This document shows positions 18,428 through 28,900 of a DNA stretch of 64,000 bases, piece by piece. The notes beneath the pieces were generated by a model that saw nothing but the letters and a program-made list of their open reading frames with translations, was not told the origin of the DNA and searched no databases. This DNA is from Nitrosopumilus sp. (GTDB taxonomy: Archaea > Thermoproteota > Nitrososphaeria > Nitrososphaerales > Nitrosopumilaceae): contig OZ244732.1 of assembly GCA_965219345.1 (NCBI GenBank), positions 160,001-224,000 of the forward strand, given 5' to 3'. The translations under genes and the position numbers were made by a program. The first letter of the stretch is position 1; each line of letters begins with the position of its first letter.

Positions 18428-19850
18428 AGGTAGCATTACCACTATTATCAGAAAAATCGTTTTTAGAGTGGAACCATATCTTCCTCAAGTACCAAAACCA
18501 AAAAAGAAAATTTCTCTTCAGAAAAAATTGTTATGGTGTGGATGCATACTACTGATCTATATGGTAATGGGGCAAACCCCATTATTTGGTGCCACAGCAC
18601 CGCAGTTTGACTTTCTAGCATTTGCTAGAGTTATTTTTGCATCACAGCAAGGCACACTGGTTGAATTAGGAATAGGGCCGATAGTCACAGCTGGACTCTT
18701 GATGCAATTATTGAGAGGTTCAGAAATTCTCAAATTTGATTTCAAAAAACCGGAAGAAAGAGGAATATTTCAAACAGCTACCAAAATGGTCACATACATT
18801 GTAATTGTAGTTGAATCTATCGTATATGCCATAGCAGTTTATGGCCCCGGAGTTGCTGAACCGACCGTTTTGTATGTGATGATTGCGCAGCTGATGGGGG
18901 CATCGATAATTATTATGTTCTTAGACGAAACAATCCAAAAGGGTTGGGGTCTTGGCAGTGGAATCAGTCTATTCATTATGGCCGGTGTTGCTCAACAGAT
19001 TCTTTGGAGTCTGTTTAGCCCGTTACCCGCAGGTGATGGAGGAATGATCGGCATTATCCCGTACATAGGAGAGTCTATCATTAATGGTGATGTTTCAAAC
19101 ATCTTGTTCCGTGCAAATCAACTCCCGAGTATCTTTGGACTGTGTCTTACCGCAGGAATACTGTTAATACTTGTATTTACTCAAGGTATGAAAATTGAGA
19201 TTCCAATTGTCTCTACAAAATACAGAGGTTTCTCTGCTGTCTATCCCATTAAAATGATGTATGTCTCCAACATTCCAGTAATTTTAGCATCTGCACTTAC
19301 TGCAAATGCCGTTTTCATATTCCAAATGCTGTGGGCAAATGCGAACCCGCGGAATAATAATTTCTTTATGAATTTTATAGCGCAATTTGATCCTACAAGT
19401 CCCAATACCCCGATAGACGGGATCATCTATTACATCACTCCTCCAAGAGGTTTGGATGTTGCCGCTTTAGATCCTATGCGTGCGGTAGGCTATGTGATAT
19501 TCATGATTGGAATCGTAGTTGTATTTGGCAAGTTATGGGTAGAACTTGGAGGCTTGTCGCCAAAAAGTGCAGCTCAGAACTTACTTGATGCGGATGTTCA
19601 AATTCCCGGATTTAGAAGATCTAACAAACCAGTTGAAGCATTACTCAACAAGTACATTCCGTCAGTTACCATAATTGGCTCTATGATTTTGGGTCTCTTG
19701 GCAGGCGTATCTGATGTTCTTGGCGTATTTGGTTCTGGTATTGGAATTTTACTTATGGTAGATATTCTCATAAACTATTATACGCAGTTGGTTAGAGAAC
19801 AGGTTGAGGTCGTCATGCCGCGTTTGGGTGCTCTGCTTGGTAGAAAATAA
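18420..19850 (+). CDS. secY: Protein translocase subunit SecY
   Basis: ELGIGPIVTA, GSGISLFI, GSGIGILL. Confidence 0.97.
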   Translation: MAEGSITTIIRKIVFRVEPYLPQVPKPKKKISLQKKLLWCGCILLIYMVMGQTPLFGATAPQFDFLAFARVIFASQQGTLVELGIGPIVTAGLLMQLLRGSEILKFDFKKPEERGIFQTATKMVTYIVIVVESIVYAIAVYGPGVAEPTVLYVMIAQLMGASIIIMFLDETIQKGWGLGSGISLFIMAGVAQQILWSLFSPLPAGDGGMIGIIPYIGESIINGDVSNILFRANQLPSIFGLCLTAGILLILVFTQGMKIEIPIVSTKYRGFSAVYPIKMMYVSNIPVILASALTANAVFIFQMLWANANPRNNNFFMNFIAQFDPTSPNTPIDGIIYYITPPRGLDVAALDPMRAVGYVIFMIGIVVVFGKLWVELGGLSPKSAAQNLLDADVQIPGFRRSNKPVEALLNKYIPSVTIIGSMILGLLAGVSDVLGVFGSGIGILLMVDILINYYTQLVREQVEVVMPRLGALLGRK

Positions 19851-20415
19851 GACAATTGTGATGGTAGGAATACCAGGTGTTGGAAAAACTACACTGTTAT
19901 CCAAAATGGTTGAAGTCATAAAAAAACATGGTAAAAGTGTTCATGTGATTAGTTTTGGAACTTTGATGTGTGAGGTTGCCAAGAAAAATGGTCTTAGTGA
20001 TAGAGATGAGCTTCGAAAATTACCAGTAACTGAGCAACAAGAACTTCAAAAACTTGCCGCAGAAAAAATCGCTGCACAGACTGAACAAGTTATAATTATT
20101 GACACTCATGCGTTTATCAATTCTCCAGGAGGCTATTATCCTGGCTTGCCGGAACATGTTTTGAAAATTATCAAACCAACAAACTTTGTTTCTATTTCTG
20201 CAAAACCAGAAGAAATCTACAACAGACGAATGAAAGATGATACCAGAAATAGAGACAAAATCACCGTTACTAACATTAAAAAAGAATTAGATATTCAAGC
20301 AGGTATGATTTCCGCATGTTCAGTAATTACTGGCTCTCCAGTGAAATTCATCAACAATCAAGAGGGAAAGATTGATGAGATATCCGAGAAAATAATTGAT
20401 GCAATAGGAGTGTAA
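19837..20415 (+). CDS. adk: Archaeal adenylate kinase
   Basis: GIPGVGKTT, IDTH, GYYPGLP. Confidence 0.93.
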   Translation: MVENKTIVMVGIPGVGKTTLLSKMVEVIKKHGKSVHVISFGTLMCEVAKKNGLSDRDELRKLPVTEQQELQKLAAEKIAAQTEQVIIIDTHAFINSPGGYYPGLPEHVLKIIKPTNFVSISAKPEEIYNRRMKDDTRNRDKITVTNIKKELDIQAGMISACSVITGSPVKFINNQEGKIDEISEKIIDAIGV

Positions 20416-20418
20416 AAA

Positions 20419-21045
20419 ATGGATTTTAACTTTATTCTGCTTTTCATCGAATCAATTTACCTTCAATTTGACTTCTTTGGGGAAGAAGGAAGTAGAATGA
20501 ATTTAGGAAGTGATGATCCAATAATTCAGGGACTAATTCTTTCTATGTTTGTAGTATCTGGATTTGGCATCCTGCTCAATCTATTCAATGCCGGAGTTAG
20601 AAAGAAGATGGTTGATCAAGTAAAACTAAAACGCATTATGAAGGAAACACGTGCATATCAGAAAGAAAGAATGAAGGCGATGAGATCCAAAGATCAGGCA
20701 AAAATAAATGAACTAAGCAAAAAATCTTCGTACATGAACAAAATGTCAATGGAAATGATGCAGATGAATATGAAACCTATGATGATTACTTTTGTACCTT
20801 TAATCCTGATATTTTATCTTGTATTGCCACAGCTATTCTCTTTCACTGTAGCCTTATCTCCAATTCCACTAAATGTGATTCCAGGGGATTTCTTTCAGTT
20901 AACATGTACTGCGGCACAGGCAGCAGATCCAGAACATATTTGTCCCGAAGAAGACGCGATATATCTTTGGGCATGGTATTTCCTCTCCTCCATTGCTTTT
21001 AGTGGCATGGTTATGAAACTAACAAAAACAACAATGGGTACTTGA
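20419..21045 (+). CDS. EMC3/TMCO1 (DUF106) membrane protein
   Basis: Met-rich coiled coil, KPMMITFVP, WYFLSS; conserved position after adk. Confidence 0.85.
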   Translation: MDFNFILLFIESIYLQFDFFGEEGSRMNLGSDDPIIQGLILSMFVVSGFGILLNLFNAGVRKKMVDQVKLKRIMKETRAYQKERMKAMRSKDQAKINELSKKSSYMNKMSMEMMQMNMKPMMITFVPLILIFYLVLPQLFSFTVALSPIPLNVIPGDFFQLTCTAAQAADPEHICPEEDAIYLWAWYFLSSIAFSGMVMKLTKTTMGT

Positions 21046-21602
21046 CAAAATCCATTGTTATTTCTGGTCCTCCCGCAGTAGGCAAAACAACTGTTGCTAA
21101 AGGATTAGCAGAAAAATTTCAGTTACAATATCTTAGCGGAGGAGATGTACTAAAAGAGATGGCCAAAGAACAAGGTTTTGATTCTGATGGCGATGACTGG
21201 TGGGATACGGAAGATGGGATGAAGTTTCTCAGTCAGCGTGAGCAAAATTCTGAATTTGATAAAAAACTGGATGAAAAGCTAACTGGGCTCTTCAATGAGG
21301 GCGGAATGGTAGTCACAAGCTACACTTTACCATGGCTAGTCAAAGATGGCATCAAAATTTGGCTGGAGGGTTCTCATAAAAGTAGTACCATGAGAATGCA
21401 GTTCAGAGATGATATGAGCACTGAAAATGCTTACGAAATTACAAAAAAACGATTTGATAAGAATAAAGCATTGTACAAAAAATTATACAACTTTGATTTT
21501 GGTGATGATACGTCTGTGTTTGATGTAATAATTAATACGGATAACCTAACCGCCCAACAAGTAATTGATGTCGCAAAAGAAACCGTGAGAAAATTACTAT
21601 GA
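21042..21602 (+). CDS. cmk: Cytidylate kinase
   Basis: ISGPPAVGKTT P-loop; operon position. Confidence 0.88.
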   Translation: MTKSIVISGPPAVGKTTVAKGLAEKFQLQYLSGGDVLKEMAKEQGFDSDGDDWWDTEDGMKFLSQREQNSEFDKKLDEKLTGLFNEGGMVVTSYTLPWLVKDGIKIWLEGSHKSSTMRMQFRDDMSTENAYEITKKRFDKNKALYKKLYNFDFGDDTSVFDVIINTDNLTAQQVIDVAKETVRKLL

Positions 21603-22600
21603 CCCTCAAACAACTTGAAAATCTTACTGAAATTGATCAGGATATTACTGATGATACCTTTGGAACATATTATGATAAAAGAACAGTAGAACAGCTACTA
21701 AATTATGGAATTATTCTATTGGACAAACCACCAGGCCCAACAAGTCATGAAACCGTAGCTTGGACTAAACGTATTTTGAAACTACCAAAGATTGGCCATA
21801 GTGGAACCCTTGATCCTCAAGTTTCAGGAGTCTTGCCCTTAGGGCTTGGCGAAGCTACCAAAGCATTGGGAGTTTTACTTTACGGTCCCAAAGAATATCA
21901 TGCATTAGGACGAGTTCATTCCCTTCCCCCTAAAGAAAAACTTGACGAAACAATTGACTTGTTTAGAGGAGAAATCTTTCAAAAACCTCCGCAACGTTCT
22001 GCTGTTGTAAGACAAACAAGAACAAGAACTATCTATGAATTTGAAGTGTTAGAACAAAAAGAACGGTTACTCTTAACCAGAGTTTTGTGTGAAGCCGGAA
22101 CCTATATTCGAAAATTATACTATGATTTAGGAGAAATTCTTGGGCCTGGCGCTACAATGATAGAGCTTAGGCGAACCAGAGTGGGTCAATTTCGCGAGAC
22201 TGATGGGTTGGTAACTCTTCATGAACTTGCAAATGCATATGCAATATGGGAAGAGGAAAAAGATGACAGTAAATTAATGAAAATAATCAAGCCTGTCGAA
22301 TATGCATTTAGCGAATTAAGGTCGGCAGTAATTCGCGACTCTGCAGTAGATGCAATGTGTCATGGAGCACAACTTGCAATTCCTGGCATTTTACAAATTT
22401 CTCCAAATCTAAAGAATGGAGATATTGTTGCAATCTATACACAAAAAGGAGAGGCTGTTGCTTTAGCTGAATCGATGATGTCTGAGGAAGAGATTCGTGA
22501 CGCTACTAAAGGATATGCATTCGAAACAAAGAGAATCATCATGGCTCCAAATACCTATCCAAAAAAGTGGAGAACAAAGCAAATCCCTCCAAAGGATTAA
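21599..22600 (+). CDS. cbf5: H/ACA pseudouridine synthase Cbf5
   Basis: DKPPGPTSHE, GHSGTLDP, PUA domain. Confidence 0.95.
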   Translation: MTLKQLENLTEIDQDITDDTFGTYYDKRTVEQLLNYGIILLDKPPGPTSHETVAWTKRILKLPKIGHSGTLDPQVSGVLPLGLGEATKALGVLLYGPKEYHALGRVHSLPPKEKLDETIDLFRGEIFQKPPQRSAVVRQTRTRTIYEFEVLEQKERLLLTRVLCEAGTYIRKLYYDLGEILGPGATMIELRRTRVGQFRETDGLVTLHELANAYAIWEEEKDDSKLMKIIKPVEYAFSELRSAVIRDSAVDAMCHGAQLAIPGILQISPNLKNGDIVAIYTQKGEAVALAESMMSEEEIRDATKGYAFETKRIIMAPNTYPKKWRTKQIPPKD

Positions 22601-22626
22601 AAAATCAAGAAATTATTTTAAAAGAA

Positions 22627-23073
22627 TTGTTAGCAAAAAGTTTGGTAATCTTTATTGGAATTGGTTTGATTTCCGGACTTGCATTTGGCGCTTATTTGCT
22701 TGATGTAAAAAATACTAGTCAACTAGTTTTTGTTGAAGGATCTTCGGTTTCGGTGGTAACAGAAAAATTTGATTTTAAAAAAGGTGAAGAGATAAAAATT
22801 CGAATTGTGAATTCTGGAACCGTTCCATTGATTTTTTCTGATGCTTCATATGGTCTTAGAATTACTGGATTATCTGGAATATTGATATATTCGCCTGTTG
22901 CTGCGCAAGTGATCTCTCAGCTAGAACCTGGTGATGAAATTGAATTTTTATGGGATCAAATAAAAAATGATGGTGAAACCGCTTTGGAAGGTCTTTATAA
23001 AATATCTACAAAGGGAATGGACAGACAGGGAAACCAAGTAGAAAAATCAACCACTGTTACAATTTGGAAATAG
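22627..23073 (+). CDS. Membrane-anchored hypothetical protein with an Ig-like domain
   Basis: N-terminal TM followed by a beta-rich domain (LEPGDEIEFLWDQ). Confidence 0.65.
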   Translation: MLAKSLVIFIGIGLISGLAFGAYLLDVKNTSQLVFVEGSSVSVVTEKFDFKKGEEIKIRIVNSGTVPLIFSDASYGLRITGLSGILIYSPVAAQVISQLEPGDEIEFLWDQIKNDGETALEGLYKISTKGMDRQGNQVEKSTTVTIWK

Positions 23074-23136
23074 TTTTTGATTCCAAATCATATAATATAT
23101 AATCAAATCTTACCGAATAATTTTGTCGTAAGACTT

Positions 23137-23234
23137 GCCGGGGTCGCCTAGCCTGGTAGGGCGCGCGCCTGGAAATAATTTACCATAAAGCGCGTTCTCG
23201 CAAGGGAACGGGAGTTCAAATCTCCCTCCCGGCG
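23137..23234 (+). tRNA. tRNA-Ser(GGA) with a 14-nt intron at 37/38 (23175-23188)
   Basis: Acceptor GCCGGGG/TCCCGGC, anticodon stem CGCGC/GCGCG, long variable arm, GTTCAAATC T-loop. Confidence 0.93.
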
Positions 23235-23440
23235 CTTTTTTTGAGTACCAATATAGTTTTGTAAATCTCCTCAAGGATTATATTTTCACATACTAAGAAG
23301 GGTGTTTGAAATATTTTTCTTTACATTCTTGAGAGTAAAATTCGCTTATGAACAGATCAAAAATTTTCCCACAATTTTTACGTCTTATATCCATCAATAT
23401 GCCCCAATTATTTTCAAAATGCTCATAATCAAAATGGTTT

Positions 23441-23608
23441 TTAGATACAGTGCTTGCATGGGGTAAATTTTTCTTTTATTGCTTGTTCAAGCATATCTGG
23501 AAAAGTAATGCCTGCCTTCTTTTTTTATATCACGGATTTTACATTCTGGCTTCATCATTGCCAAATGATGACAGTCACATTCAGTTTATCTCTGAGATAT
23601 CCTGCCAT
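23441..23608 (-). pseudogene. Frameshifted small metal-binding protein (HH..C...CKHC)
   Basis: MAGYLRDKLNVT / HHLAMMKPECKIRDIKKEGRHYF / PDMLEQAIKEKFTPCKHCI reconstructed across two frameshifts. Confidence 0.5.
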
Positions 23609-23612
23609 GATA

Positions 23613-24401
23613 TTATTTGCTTATTTCCAAGAGAATGTTCTCATCTTGCCATCGAATATTCTCTAAATCATCAAAATTATTTCTAATATTTTGCTTGAAT
23701 TTCTCTAATGATTTTTTAAACTTATCTTTGCTGTACAGAGTAAATGTGGAATAATGATTATTTTTTGCTTTTTTTATAAGACTACTCAGACTAGAGATTC
23801 TATTATGCCCAAATACATGGGTATGATCAATTTTCATATCTGTCTTTTCAACAGCATATTTTAATTCATCAAATTCAAACAGACGATCCTCAATTTCTGC
23901 AAATAATGGAAAGTATTGTCCCCAAATGTTTCTAGAATTTTGATTTCGTAATCGTGTGTAAATAAATGCATGACCGTCATCTTTTAGGCATTCATAAACT
24001 TCCGCTAAAAATTTTTGAATGTCAAAATGATGTATGGCATTAAATGTTACAATACAATCCATGGAATCACTTTCTAAAGGCAATTTACTGGCATTTCCGG
24101 GTACCGCACAAAAATTCAAAATATTGTTATCTTTCAGATAACTTCTCAAATGTCTGATCATGTCTTCATTGTAATCAATACAGTGAAGATAACTATCATC
24201 ATCTAATGATTTTAAAAGTTCCAGTGAATATCGTCCATCCCCACAACCTACATCAGTCATGGTGATTCCTGATTTTTTACGCAGATGATTCATTATGTGT
24301 TGTATTGGATCTGAATCGGTTGTTCTCAGACCTTTATATTTTGGAGCAATTTCTGAAAAATGACTACTTGTCTTTTGTTCAGCAATTATGGTTTCATTCA
24401 A
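23613..24401 (-). CDS. Class I SAM-dependent methyltransferase
   Basis: DVGCGDG, LPLESDSMD, NAIHHF. Confidence 0.88.
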   Translation of the reverse strand: MNETIIAEQKTSSHFSEIAPKYKGLRTTDSDPIQHIMNHLRKKSGITMTDVGCGDGRYSLELLKSLDDDSYLHCIDYNEDMIRHLRSYLKDNNILNFCAVPGNASKLPLESDSMDCIVTFNAIHHFDIQKFLAEVYECLKDDGHAFIYTRLRNQNSRNIWGQYFPLFAEIEDRLFEFDELKYAVEKTDMKIDHTHVFGHNRISSLSSLIKKAKNNHYSTFTLYSKDKFKKSLEKFKQNIRNNFDDLENIRWQDENILLEISK

Positions 24402-24521
24402 GATGTTGTCTCCTTTTTCATTCCCACATCACACAAACAAATCAAGAAGATATGAACGAAATTCCCATACTGAGTATTGTTGTAACTGGGATTACAAGTA
24501 CACGTAAAATTATTCATTAAT

Positions 24522-24543
24522 TGCACCCGGAGGGATTTGAATC
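24522..24543 (-). other. Isolated tRNA 3'-end-like fragment (possible att remnant)
   Basis: GATTCAAATCCCTCCGGGTGCA reads as T-loop, T-stem, acceptor 3' strand and discriminator; no 5' half nearby. Confidence 0.5.
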
Positions 24544-24683
24544 GGTATGACTCTAAATTGAACTGAATTCCAAAAAATCATTCTATTTTCATTACCTTGC
24601 TTTGTCCTATAAACTAGTTGCCTGAAAATACCCATTATTTCCGAAAATGCGTCGGCATATACCCAAGTAAAACAGCTTATAGT

Positions 24684-24800
24684 ATGTTTAAAAAAATAAT
24701 TGAAAAACTGAAATTTGATCCTTGTAAAACCAAAGTCACTAGTGGCGTAAATGCATTTACAGAATCTGAGAAAAAGAGATCAGAGGATGTAGAAAAATAA
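24684..24800 (+). CDS. Micro-ORF 1 (38 aa)
   Basis: ATG 24684; its stop abuts the next ATG. Confidence 0.4.
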   Translation: MFKKIIEKLKFDPCKTKVTSGVNAFTESEKKRSEDVEK

Positions 24801-24908
24801 ATGGCATATCATCGCAGACATTGTAGTTTTAGTTGGGATGCATCTGAAGGAGATATTCAAAAGTTACTTCCTCATAAAAAGACTCATCAAAAGAAGGTTT
24901 CAGCCTAA
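24801..24908 (+). CDS. Micro-ORF 2 (35 aa), degenerate C2H2-like finger
   Basis: MAYHRRHCSFSWDASEGDIQKLLPHKKTHQKKVSA; TAA-ATG junctions on both sides. Confidence 0.45.
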   Translation: MAYHRRHCSFSWDASEGDIQKLLPHKKTHQKKVSA

Positions 24909-25004
24909 ATGTTGACTTGTAATAAATGCTACAATGGGCATCATGATCAGTGTATGGGAAAAGATGGAATGTTTGATTGCGGTCGTAAGTGTTTTAAAAA
25001 ATAA
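24909..25004 (+). CDS. Micro-ORF 3 (31 aa), Cys/His-rich
   Basis: MLTCNKCYNGHHDQCMGKDGMFDCGRKCFKK. Confidence 0.45.
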   Translation: MLTCNKCYNGHHDQCMGKDGMFDCGRKCFKK

Positions 25005-25056
25005 ATAAAACAAGATAATCATGATAAATTTGTTTTATTTTTAGGAATTTACAACA

Positions 25057-25602
25057 CTAGTCATAGACCATTAATTTTTTTCTTCAAGCAAACTATGAAT
25101 TTGATTGACAGACCGATGAACATTTTTTTCAAATTTAGCTCCCACACAGACTAATTTGCCTGATGCAAAAATTAGAATCACAGTTTTAGGATCAAGCATT
25201 CTGTGAATCAACCCTGGAAATTGCTCTGGCTCATACATGCTTCTAGGAAGAGTCCTAGCTGCTTGTTCCAAGTTAACCTTGCCTCCAAGATTAATTGATG
25301 AAACAATATTTTGTATTGAAACTATGGGGTCGTTTTTAATTTTGATTTTACCTTTCCTCAACATTTCCGTAACTCTATGTACTGCAGTTTCTACTAATTC
25401 TTGTGATTTGGCCCAGTACATACCATTTTCCCTGAGCCAAAAAGTAGCGTAGCAGTTTTTGGAGTTTTAAGTCTAAAAACAGCCCTTGGAAATTGTTCTG
25501 GATGATACTCTACAGCAGGGAATTTTTTTGTGATATCTACAAGATCTAATCTTTGATTTATGGTTGCAGAAGATACTATGTTGACTATTGCAATTACAGT
25601 TG
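25057..25602 (-). pseudogene. tbp: TATA-binding protein pseudogene
   Basis: Both TBP repeats present (IVNIVSSA..EYHPEQFP..FGSGKMVCTG and IQNIVSS..YEPEQFPGL..FASGKLVCVGAK); -1 frameshifts near 25412 and 25073; no start codon. Confidence 0.88.
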
Positions 25603-25772
25603 CGTATTATTTCCAGTTCAGGTTGGCTTGGTTCATAATGCAGAGGTGCCTTGTTCCCTCCCTGAGACCTTGACGGGACGGCATTTGGATTTTTTCATGG
25701 CTTGCCTTAATTTCATCGGGTTCCCCGGTACGTGCCGAAGTCCGGCCGCGGGATTGGCAATGATTCCTGCAT

Positions 25773-25885
25773 GCGGCCAGTTCCCGGAGATTCCACAAAC
25801 TGGTTCAGGTGGATATCTCGGTGAGTAATGTAGCAGCAAAATGTGAGCGGCCAGTTCCTGGAAATTCCACAGGTTGGCTCAGATG
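25773..25885 (+). repeat. Two imperfect 39-bp direct repeats
   Basis: gcggccagttccYggaRattccaca... at 25773 and 25847; 32 of 39 bases identical. Confidence 0.7.
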
Positions 25886-25930
25886 CGACATGTAATTCTT
25901 TTTTTTGGCGCATTGCGGCTTTCTTAATGC

Positions 25931-25983
25931 CGTATGCACATACGCGCATACACGCATATACGCACACGCACACGTACACGTAC
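25931..25983. repeat. 53-bp uninterrupted alternating pyrimidine-purine tract
   Basis: cgtatgcacatacgcgcatacacgcatatacgcacacgcacacgtacacgtac checked base by base. Confidence 0.9.
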
Positions 25984-28900
25984 TATCCTACTATTGATTC
26001 TACCCAGCCGCGCTCCATCAATGGCTGTACCGAGCGGTCAAGGAGGCAGGCAAGATCATCTCTCAGGTTCTTGACCATCGTAAAGCCAGGCTTGCATTCC
26101 ATGTCGCCTTTGGATACGTCGCTGCTACTACCGGACTGGGACTGGGATGTGGACTTTGGCGTATCTGACATGTCATCGTCATCATCATCGTCATATGTCT
26201 TCTCGCCAACGCACTGCTTTATGGCAATGCTTTCGTTTCTAATGTTGCTGTCCCGTCCCGCTATGTCCACCAGCAGTATGCCAAGGTATGTCTCGGAAGG
26301 CCCTATGTGGGATGTGAATACCTTGCTGCCGGGTATGCTTTCATCGGATAAACTGGCCTCGGCCAGGCCGCCAATGGAGGTTCTGACGGATACCGACAGC
26401 GTAGACGAGTCATCACCGGTTATTATTCTGACTAGGCCCGTCTCACAGTTCCATGAAACGCCGTAAAGTTCAATGTCGGACAGGGGTTCTCCTCCTCCGC
26501 CTGTACTGACGCCGGTACGGCCGCCGCCACCACCGCCGCCACCGCCGCTTCTGCCGCTCTTTTCGGGCTTTCTTTCCGGTTCAGGTTCTGGTTCCTCCGT
26601 ATCATCCACAATGGTAACTGTTGTATCAATGTCACCTGACTGTGCAATGTTGTTTGTAACTGTAGTTGCCGCAAAGCTGGCAAGCGAGTTTGGCTGTGAG
26701 AATAGCATAAATGGCTCGGGCAGTGTGTACTGGTATACGGCACTGTTGTCAATGCCTGCGACAAACATCCTGGTACCGTCGTTAGAGAAGGCCAGTCCTC
26801 GCGGGGATGACTCTTGTGAACCTACCGGGAAGGAGCCGGCATGGGAGACATCCGATGTGCCGGTGACATTGGATATGTCAAATGGGGCGGGTAGCGCGTA
26901 CTGGTGTACGGCATCGTTAACGCTGCCTATGACAAACATGCTGGTTCCGTTAGCAGAGAAGGCCAGGCCCCGCGGGGAGTTGTCTTGTGAAAGTACTGAG
27001 AAGGAGATGTCGTCATAGGAGGCAGTGGATACGTCAAAGGGGGCGGACAAATCGTACTGGTGTACGGCATCACTCTGTTCACCCACTACAAACATCCTGT
27101 GTCCGTCGTTGGAGAAGGCCACGTCTCGCGGGAATATGTCCTGTGAACCTACCGGGAAGGAGCCGGCAAGGGTGACATTGGATACGCCGGTGACATTGGA
27201 TATGTCAAATGGGGCGGGTAGCGCGTACTGGTATACGGCATCGTTACCGCTGCCTATGACAAACATGCTGGTTCCGTTAGCAGAGAAGGCCAGGCCGTTT
27301 GGGGTTGTGTCCTGTGAACCTACCAGTAAACGGGCGACATGGGAGACATCCGATGTGCCGGTGACATTGGATATGTCAAATGGGGCGGGTAGCGCGTACT
27401 GGTGTACGGCATCGTTACCGCTGCCTATGACAAACATGCTGGTTCCGTTAGCAGAGAAGGCCAGGCCGTTTGGCGTTGGGTCTTGTGAACGTACCGAGAA
27501 GGAGCCGTCAGGGAAGGCAGAAGCGGCAGGAATGTCATCTATGCTGCCCGTGGTTTTGTCGTATGCCAGGAGGATGACATCGTCATGATCAAGCGTATCA
27601 TTGAGGGTAAGGGTGACCGTGTCTGCGGCGGCCGTGATTCCAGTTACGGTTGGGTCTGTGGATATGTCGCCGGACAGCACAAAGTCTCCGGGTGCCGCAC
27701 CGTTTATTGTAACGTCTTTGGACAGCACGATATCAATTGCCGATGTGCCGGCAGTTGCAACGGAGGACACGGTCAGCGTTGGCGGAACGGTGTCATCCGG
27801 CAGCGGGGTGGTGTCATCCGGCAGCGGGGTGGTGTCAGTAAAGGTCTGGCTCGCTGCAGAGTTTGATGCGCTGTTAACCACGGTGCCAGGTGGAGCGGTA
27901 TAGGTTATAGCTGGAGCATCGGATGCCGTGATGCCGGAGACGGTAAGGGTTATGGTGTTGTCCGTACCGGCGGGATTGGTGTTTGCCGTCACTTGTCCGA
28001 CGGAGAGGGTGAATCCGGTGCCGTCTGTGGTTGTGACGTCTATGTTCTCGCTGTACGTCAGGAGTATCTCGGTAGCCGAGGTCACGGCGGCCGCGGTGAT
28101 TTCCGGTGGAACGGTATCATCTATTGGGGGATCAGTGCCATCCGGTGGTGATGGCGATGCAATGTTGTTTGTAACTGAAATTGCCTCAAAGCTGGCAAGC
28201 GAGTTTGGCTGCGGAAGCAAGGTAAACGGCTCGGACAGCGCGTACTGGTGTACGTTCGCGCCATCAAAACCCAGGACAAACATGCCGGTACCGTCACCGG
28301 AGAAGGCCAGGCCTGCCGGGGATGAGTCCTGTGATTCCACGGAGAAGGAGCTATCAATGGTGGCAGACGATACGTCAAAGGCGGTGGTTAATGCGTATTC
28401 GTGAACCGAGTCACTGCTGGAACCCACTACAAACATCTTTGTTCCGTCAGCAGAGAAGGCCAGGCCCCGCGGGGATGAGTCCTGTGATTCCACGGAGAAG
28501 GAGCTATCAATGGTGGCAGACGATACGTCAAAGGCGGAGGTTAATGCGTATTCGTGAACCGAGGCACTGCTGGAACCCACGACAAACATCTTTGTTCCGT
28601 CAGCAGAGAAGGCCAGGCCCCGCGGGGATGAGTCCTGTGATTCCACGGAGAAGGAGCTGTCAAAGGAGGCAGACGATACGTCAAAGGCGGAGGTTAATGC
28701 GTATTCGTGAACCGAGGCACTGCTGGAACCCACGACAAACATCTTTGTTCCGTCAGCAGAGAAGGCCAGGCCCCGCGGGGATGTGTCCTGTGAGCCTACC
28801 AGGAAACGGTCGACATGGGAGACATCCGATGTGCCGGTGACATTGGACACGTCAAATGGGGCGGCCAATGTGTACTCGTATACGGCATTGAAGTTATTGC

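Noticed and set aside
23175-23188. tRNA intron
   Set aside because: Canonical 37/38 position; ordinary for archaea
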